64,000 bases of DNA from Antechinus flavipes (taxonomy: Eukaryota), in contig NC_067403.1 in the NCBI RefSeq assembly GCF_016432865.1, positions 252,464,001 to 252,528,000 of the forward strand, given 5' to 3'. The notes beneath the pieces are model-generated. The model worked only from the letters and a program-made list of their open reading frames with translations. It was not told the origin of the DNA and made no database searches. This document shows positions 58,201 to 64,000 of the stretch, piece by piece; the stretch's first letter is position 1, and each line of letters starts with the position of its first letter. A program made the translations under genes and the position numbers.

Positions 58201-58344
58201 GCTGTTACCGTCGTGGTACCTCAGTTTCCCTGACAACTGCAGAGAAAATGTAGCTTCTTCCAGGCCAGAGCCGAGCTGGGGTTAACGCTGGCAGGCATTG
58301 GACCAAAGGAGGACTTCGGAGGGCTCCCCAGATGTTACTATAAT

Positions 58345-58347
58345 ATC

Positions 58348-58379
<32 letters not shown>

Positions 58380-58425
58380 CTCACATGAATAATTACAGCT
58401 ATATATACAGCTATATATTGCTATA
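58345..58425. repeat. (TA)n microsatellite
   Basis: tatatatata run. Confidence 0.9.
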
Positions 58426-58496
58426 TCTATATAATACTAAAAATACTATCACAGCAAAGAAATCTCAAGTGATGAATGGCAAAAATAATCACCAAT

Positions 58497-58628
58497 GGGG
58501 CAGCTAGATGGCCGGGTGGAGAGAGCATCGTCCCTGAAATCAGAGGACTTGAGTTCCAACCTTAAGTACTTAATACTTCCTAGCTGTGTGATCCCGGGCA
58601 AGTCACTTAACCCCAATTAGCTCAGCAA

Positions 58629-58661
<33 letters not shown>

Positions 58662-58662
58662 C
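58497..58662 (+). mobile_element. WSINE1-like SINE with an (AAT)n tail
   Basis: ggggcagctagatgg...gacttgagttcc...gcaagtcacttaaccccaatt followed by (aat)n. Confidence 0.75.
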
Positions 58663-59580
58663 ATTAACGAGGACGGTGAGGGGGATTTTTTTAATGTCAT
58701 TGGTCTGATTTTATTAATTGAATGTAAATTACACAACACAGATTTTTATGTTTAATTTCTTTCCTGTTTAGTGATGGGTAATTGTTGGCTTAGGAAGGTG
58801 ATTTTGTGCTTCCGGTGTTTCCTTTAGAGTCCCTCCAACCTGCTCCTATGGAAGATTACCATCCTTTCCCCAATTTTACATGTGAAGACACTGAGACTCA
58901 GAGCTCACCTCACTAGTTTAGGGTGGAGGCAGCTAGAACTTGAAGTCTGGGCTTTGGCCCATTCTGCGCCGCCGGCCCCAGGGAGGGTTCCCCCCGATTC
59001 ACTAAGTCCCCTGATTGAAAGCTGAACACAGAAAGCTGGGGGGCCTTCGCCTGGAGGTCTAAGGGGTCTTCCCACACCTGGTGGGTATCTGAGGTGACAA
59101 GGGAAAGAGCAGCAGGAACTTCATCCCCTCTGAAACCAGAGGACCAGACACCCCCAGACCTTGAGGGGCTCCAGATGTGGAGGGGGAGGGAAGGGAAAGA
59201 GAATCCATCTCTGTATTTGACATAAGGACAGACATCAAGAAATATCCGATCAAAGGAATTAAAGTCACTGTGTCTCCATTCCATGGGATCCTGGGCTTTC
59301 TATGAAGATATCAATATTATAGGGCAAAAGGACAAGGTCAGAAATTACATTTTCTAGCAAGAGTCCCTAAGAGTCCATGAATTGGCTGCCTAGAGAGGGT
59401 GGATTCTCAGCTCTGAGAATCCTATCCCTCCTTCCCCAGAGCAAGATGAGAGAATGGTAGGAAATGGTTCCTTTTAGCCTAACTTCGGAGCCGTGTTTCT
59501 TTTCCTCCCGTATCTCTCACTGACTGGGGTAAGATGGTTGTTGGACAGCTAGAGGTGGTATCTAGGCTGGGGTTCTAGAG

Positions 59581-59772
59581 CAGGGGTTCTCAAACTTTTT
59601 AAATAGGGGGCCAGTTCACTGTCCCTCAGACTGTTGGAGGGCCGGATTATAGTCAAAACAAAAACTTTGTTTTGTGGGCTTTTAAATAAAGAAACTTCAT
59701 AGCCCTGGGGGAGGGGGATAATTATTCTTAGCTGCCACATCTGACCCGCAGGCTGTAGTTTGAGGACCCCTG
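59581..59772 (-). mobile_element. 192-bp OC1-like non-autonomous hAT element (second copy)
   Basis: Reverse-complement homolog of 37629-37819 with TIRs CAGGGGT(T/C)CTCAAACT and a perfect 8-bp TSD TTCTAGAG (59573-59580 and 59773-59780). Confidence 0.88.
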
Positions 59773-61844
59773 TTCTAGAGTATGGAACGTCCAAGATGGA
59801 ACAGACCTCAGTATATGGAATACTGAATATTGATTTGATTTGATTTGATTTGTTCAATGGCAAATGCAAGTTAATTTTCTTTCTCTTTTACTTCTCTTCA
59901 TTGAAAGAAAAACCCTTGTAAATTTAAACCGTTTCCTACATTAGTCACGTCCAGAAACGTATTTCTAATTCTGCATCCTGAGTGCATCCACCCCTTTGTT
60001 TCATAATTGGTCCTTTGGACCAATATAGAATGTTAGAACTGGAGGGGATCTTGGAACACAGAATGTCAAATCTTAGAACAGGGAGAGGCCCTGGGATTAG
60101 ACCTGAGAAAGACCTAGAACAGAGAATGTCGGAGCTGGAGAACCTGGAGAGTGTCAGAGCTGGGAAGGACCCAAGAAAATGGCGGCCGGGGCCTTCATTT
60201 TGCTTTGAGAAACAGAAGCCCGAGAAGACGGTGACTCACTCAAAGTCAGCCCAGCACGTTCATCGTGGCCAGGGGAAGCCTGGGCTCTTTCCTCCATCAG
60301 TCAGGCTGTACGAGGCTGGCTCTGAGATGGGACAGGTTTGTCTGGGCCTTTTCTTCCCGAGAGAGCAATCCTCTGAGAAACGAGCAGTTGTTACATCCTA
60401 ATAACCCACTGGCAGTGACTGTCCCACCCTCCACAATGGCTCATCTCTTCCTTTGGAGCTGGCTCCCATGAGCCATCACCAGTCAGGCTGGTACCCTGGA
60501 CAACTGGCTGGCTGTCCCCAGACCTGGATGCATTTGAACTTGAGACCCCCAAAAAGCCCCCAAAGAGAGGTCAGGGCTGAGGACTAAGGGGTGGAGACCA
60601 CCCTCAGGGCTGATGAAGAGGACAGAGTTAACTGAAGGAGAAAAATAGGAGGAGAAATTATATATAGATATATATTTAAGTACTCAACTTTCCCATCCTC
60701 CATTTTGGAGGCTCCCATTGCCTCCTCTTGCTTTGTTTGAAAATGGAGGCACCGACGCTGCTGTCTGCGCATTTTGTAGAAAGGTTTGGGTTTATGGAGA
60801 GAAAACTCTGGGAATAACGATAAGGAAAATCTGGAATAAATCAGAATGATATTTAATCATTACTTAGAAACGGATCTTTATTTTTGTCTGGGGAGATGGG
60901 CATTCTCTAAGGTCCCCCTCCAGTTCTAAATCCACAATCCTACAAAGCTTGTTCCTCCCATTCCCACAGATAAGGAAACTGAGGCACAAACATGCTTAGC
61001 GAGGTATTGGGTATTAGCACAAGGCGCTAAGGACAGAGGAGAACTCCCGGACTGTGAGTTTCCAGTTGCCCCACTTGGCTTGGCCACGAAGCTAAGCTGA
61101 GCCCTCTCCGAGGACAGCCATTGGGGTAGACTGCCAAAGGAAGGGGAGACAAACTGGGTCACTCTTGATTTGAGTGGGTGGCTCACAGGATAGTGTGGGA
61201 GTTGGGGAAAATGCCCAGGATAATGCTCAGGCAATGTGGGCAATTTGGTCGGGACTGTGGTGAGAGGCCCTGTGAGTAATTTTTCTTTTTTTTAAAAAAA
61301 AGTGTTAATTTTTTTCAATTGTCAAGCCTTTATTTTTTTAGGTAATAGACTTTTCACAGGTATTTAAGGATTTCTTTGAAGCTCTCAAAGGAAAGAAATT
61401 GGAAATCCTTCTATCTTGGGGGAAGAGAGTTAAATAATTGAATTAAATCCAGTTCAGCAAAAAAGGAATTAAGCTCTGCTAGCAAAGACAGAATTTGGAG
61501 CTGAGAAGACCTGGGTTTGCGTCATATTCTGGCTGGTTACAGAACAGACTTAACTTCCCAGGGCCCCAGGGATCTCTCCAAAACTAGATTAGAGAAGAAT
61601 TGTCCACATGCAGCAGTGGAGAGAGCTTCCAGCTTCCTGGGTCTTTAAAGGAGGTATCATCCTTGACATGGCGAAGCAGAAGCTGGGGATTGCTTATGTT
61701 CAGGAGTTCTGAGCTGGGGTGTGGATGATGCTGACTGCATTTCCTTACTATACCCAGCACCAATATGGTGAGTCTCCAGGAGCAGCCGGCCACTAGGCAT
61801 TGAGGTCAGGCCCATGAGTGACCACTAGACTTTCAATCCAAGTA

Positions 61845-61945
61845 AGATGGGGAAAGAGAAAGGAGGAAGGAAAGGAGTGAAAAGAGAAAGGAAGAGAGAG
61901 AGAAAAAGAGGAAGGAGAAAGAAGGATGGAGGGAGGATGAGGGGA

Positions 61946-61979
<34 letters not shown>

Positions 61980-62050
61980 GAAGAAGGAAGGAACGAAGGA
62001 AAGAAGGAAGGAAGAAGGGGAAAAAAGAGAAAAGAAAATAAAGAAAAGCA
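61845..62050. repeat. GA-rich / (GAAA)n low-complexity repeat
   Basis: Polypurine tract. Confidence 0.85.
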
Positions 62051-63624
62051 TTTCCCTAGTGAGAGCTCTCTACACTTGGTCTGAACCCTAGAAAGATTTT
62101 GCAGCACCTTATCCTCAGTACTGGGAGTCAGATACAATAAGATACTGTTCCATTATGAATCTTATAATCGAGTCTGTAAAATAATCACACAGGCTAAAAT
62201 TCTACTTCCCCTACTGAACTCCCCTTCACAGAGATTGTTTCTAGATGGAAGTATCAAGGAAGACTCGGGCTTGGAAGCAGTAAGTGGAGGTGGGTCTGGG
62301 TGGGGAGCAGAGAGCAGACCATCCCAGACCTCAAGAATGGGGCACAAAAGGGCTGGATGATGAGAGAAGGCCCAGGACATCCACGAGGAGCAGTAAGTTG
62401 TCTGGGATGGTGACCATTGGACTTCTCAGGAAGATCTCAGTGTCACTCTTTTTTAGACATTTATTAGCTATGTGACTCTGGACTTAGTCAATATTTACCT
62501 CAGTTTCCTCAACTGTAAAATGAATAATAATAGCACCCACCTCACAGGGTTGTTTTGAGGATCCAAAGATATTTGTGAAGTGCTTGTTGCAGTACCTGAC
62601 GTATAGTAAGCAGGTGCTTGAAAAATGTTTGTTCCTTTAATCTTGTCTTACAAGGAAAGAAACTGAGGCCCAGAGAGAGGTGAGGCTATGTGAGAGAGAG
62701 AAAAGAGAGAAAGAAGAGAGAGACAGAGAAGAGGGGAGGGAGAAGGAGGGAAGGAGGGAGGAAGAAAGAAAGAGGGGGACACAGAGCGGGGGAGAAGGGG
62801 GGAGGAAGAGAGAGAGAAGGATGTAGGGAAGGAGGAAGGGAGAGAGAAGGGAGCTATTTGGCAGAGTCAGGCTCCTGACTTCTAGCACAGTGCCTCTGCT
62901 CCCCATTCAAAGTCAGACTCATTGGCCCATTGCTCTTGGGAACAGCCCCATGATTTGCAGCCAGGCTCCTCATAACCATTCAGTGTCCTTTCCATGTGTG
63001 CGAGACGCTGCCTTCTGACTCAGTCCCCGGCGTGCTCACGCCCAGCTCCCGGGGATCTTCGAGGAGGGGGCGTGCAGCCCGTCAGCTGCTTCAGTGCCCC
63101 ATCTCTCCATCTGCTTCAGGAGTCCTGCCAGGGCCCAACAGTTGCTTCCTTGTCTGAGCAGCTTTCTGATCTTCTCTCTTATCGCAGCCTTCTGGACTAC
63201 AAGGTGGGGCTAGGCTGGGCCCAGGAGATCTTGCTTTGAAGCCATCTGGGCAGATCTGTACAGGTCACTTAAGTTCTCATGGCCTCAGTTTCCCCATTTT
63301 AAACATACTCGCCCTACCCGTCTCCTGGGGTGGCTGGGTGAAAAGTGTTCTGTAAAAGAGTTTAAAATGAGTTATTGTTATTATTAGATTGTCAGCTTTG
63401 TCAGGATAGAGATTACAAAAATAAGACATTTAAAGTTCACGTCTCTCTTAGTGCCCAGGAGAGAACTCTGCATACAGGAAACACTGCATAAAGTTATTTC
63501 AATTGAAATTAATTGATTTCTCTGTGAGTCTCAGTTTTCTCATCTATAAAATCAAAAAGTTCAACTAAATTGGGATCTATGAATTATTCTTGTTTGTTTT
63601 ATATTTTGCTCATTGTCCAACTTA

Positions 63625-63835
63625 TGTGTTTTTGTAGTATATGTAGAAGTACATGTGTAAAACATGTAGTTTTATAGTATATGTAGAAGTACTTGTGTAA
63701 AACACGTAGTTTTGTGGTATATGTAGAAGTACATGAATAAAGCACATAGTTTTGTAGTGCATGTAGTGTTATATGTATAAAACATGTAGTTTTGCCTTAC
63801 ATGTAGTATATGTTTTGTAGTAACGTAGTTACAAG
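63625..63835. repeat. 40-bp AT-rich tandem repeat, about 5 copies
   Basis: agtatatgtagaagtacatgtgtaaaacatgtagtttt(g/a)t at 63636, 63676 and 63716, with further degenerate copies. Confidence 0.85.
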
Positions 63836-64000
63836 CACAGGTCTACATATTTAAAAACATAATTCTGGGAAGGGTTTCCCCAGAATGCTGAAGGGGTCCA
63901 CGGCTCATAAAAGATGAAGAATCTTAGACTGGAGTATTCCGTGGCATCCTTCATGCTCCAGTTAAAATCCCACCTCCCTGTACAAGAAGCCATTCCCGGT

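Noticed and set aside
63119-63203. Candidate CD6 exon 2 (good pyrimidine tract + AG and a downstream AAG|GTGGGG)
   Set aside because: In the phase-1 frame required after exon 1 it reaches TGA within 13 codons and shows no similarity to CD6.

Overview
Mammalian genomic DNA, most likely from a marsupial and possibly a dasyurid (inferred from WSINE1/Mar1-like SINEs, marsupial-type L1 3' ends, an RTE LINE and OC1-like hAT MITEs). The window carries the gene block syntenic with human 11q12.2: TMEM109 (+, 3 coding exons), TMEM132A (+, 11 exons), SLC15A3 (-, 8 exons, tail-to-tail with TMEM132A) and the first coding exon of CD6 (+). I rebuilt all exon chains by hand; each has GT-AG junctions and an open frame. 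The main unexpected element is an intact single-exon 581-aa Tigger/pogo transposase-derived ORF (182-1927, -). Its third catalytic Asp is replaced by Gly, and it sits head-to-head with TMEM109 across a CpG island that has NRF1 motifs and tandem RFX X-boxes. This looks like a domesticated TIGD-type gene at a position where I know of none in human. The left ~27.5 kb is very GC/CpG-rich and holds several intronic minisatellites; the right part is AT-richer and repeat-laden. Other notable items: overlapping TMEM132A/SLC15A3 3' ends, two tail-less internal L1 fragments with target-site duplications, nested hAT MITEs, IRF-like motifs upstream of SLC15A3 and a uORF before CD6. Repeat family names come from recalled consensus sequences, not from a database search.
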